DNA of 44,370 nucleotides from Rhizaria sp. SCN 62-66 (taxonomy: Eukaryota). Positions 44,101 to 44,370 of this stretch are shown here, one piece after another. The stretch lies in NCBI GenBank assembly GCA_001724265.1, contig MEDY01000254.1, forward strand, positions 1 to 44,370, given 5' to 3'. The position numbers and the translations under genes are program-made. Each line of letters opens with the position of its first letter. Positions within the stretch are counted from its first letter, which is position 1. Below the pieces are notes generated by a model. That model was not told the DNA's origin. It ran no database searches and saw nothing but the letters and a program-made list of their open reading frames with translations.

Positions 44101-44370
44101 TTTTCTTTCATTTCGTCTTTGTTTCAATATTTTTTGTTGTTTCTTGTTCTTTTCATCAATGTACCGGACGGCCTACATAGTTCCGCGTCGCAATCATACA
44201 TAATCACTCATCTTTATCACATTGAATCGTTATGAACAACGTGACTGGGCTGATAAATGCACTGTAAATGTATGTACCCCCGATGTAGAGGTTTATGAAA
44301 AAACGTGTTTTCCGCGATTTTCGCGCCTTGGTGCGCACTTTTCTATTTCACTACGAGCGAAATAGTCCAT

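Noticed and set aside
1-44370. tRNA (including a CUA suppressor), rRNA, CRISPR array, transposase or intein
   Set aside because: No cloverleaf with recognisable D/T loops, no repeat-spacer array, and no transposase, reverse transcriptase or intein motifs were seen by eye. tRNAscan-SE and Infernal would be needed to exclude small RNAs.

Overview
This is eukaryotic nuclear DNA, most likely from a flagellated protist with mitochondria. GC-rich exons alternate with short AT-rich intergenic regions, and there are a few GT-AG introns. Ten protein-coding genes can be modelled: a KHA/ubiquitin-like-domain protein, a Sep15/SelM-family ER protein, a giant GH37 trehalase, a class-3 (DAG-lipase-like) lipase, a ~2,040-aa protein with a repeated TGDVD motif, a K+-independent H+-pyrophosphatase, DPH6, an active-site myotubularin, ESF1 and enkurin. 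The main result concerns the genetic code. Five of the ten genes contain in-frame TAG codons (six in total) and continue in the same frame beyond them. In trehalase, DPH6 and ESF1 the TAG lies between conserved parts of one protein. No modelled gene ends in TAG (7 TGA, 3 TAA), and none has an internal TAA or TGA. This points to a non-standard nuclear code in which UAG is a sense codon (Gln or Leu, not resolvable here) while UAA and UGA remain stops. The supplied ORF track is therefore fragmented at these sites. Most proteins are also inflated by Ala/Ser-rich in-frame insertions. All calls are from motif recognition by eye; no searches were run.
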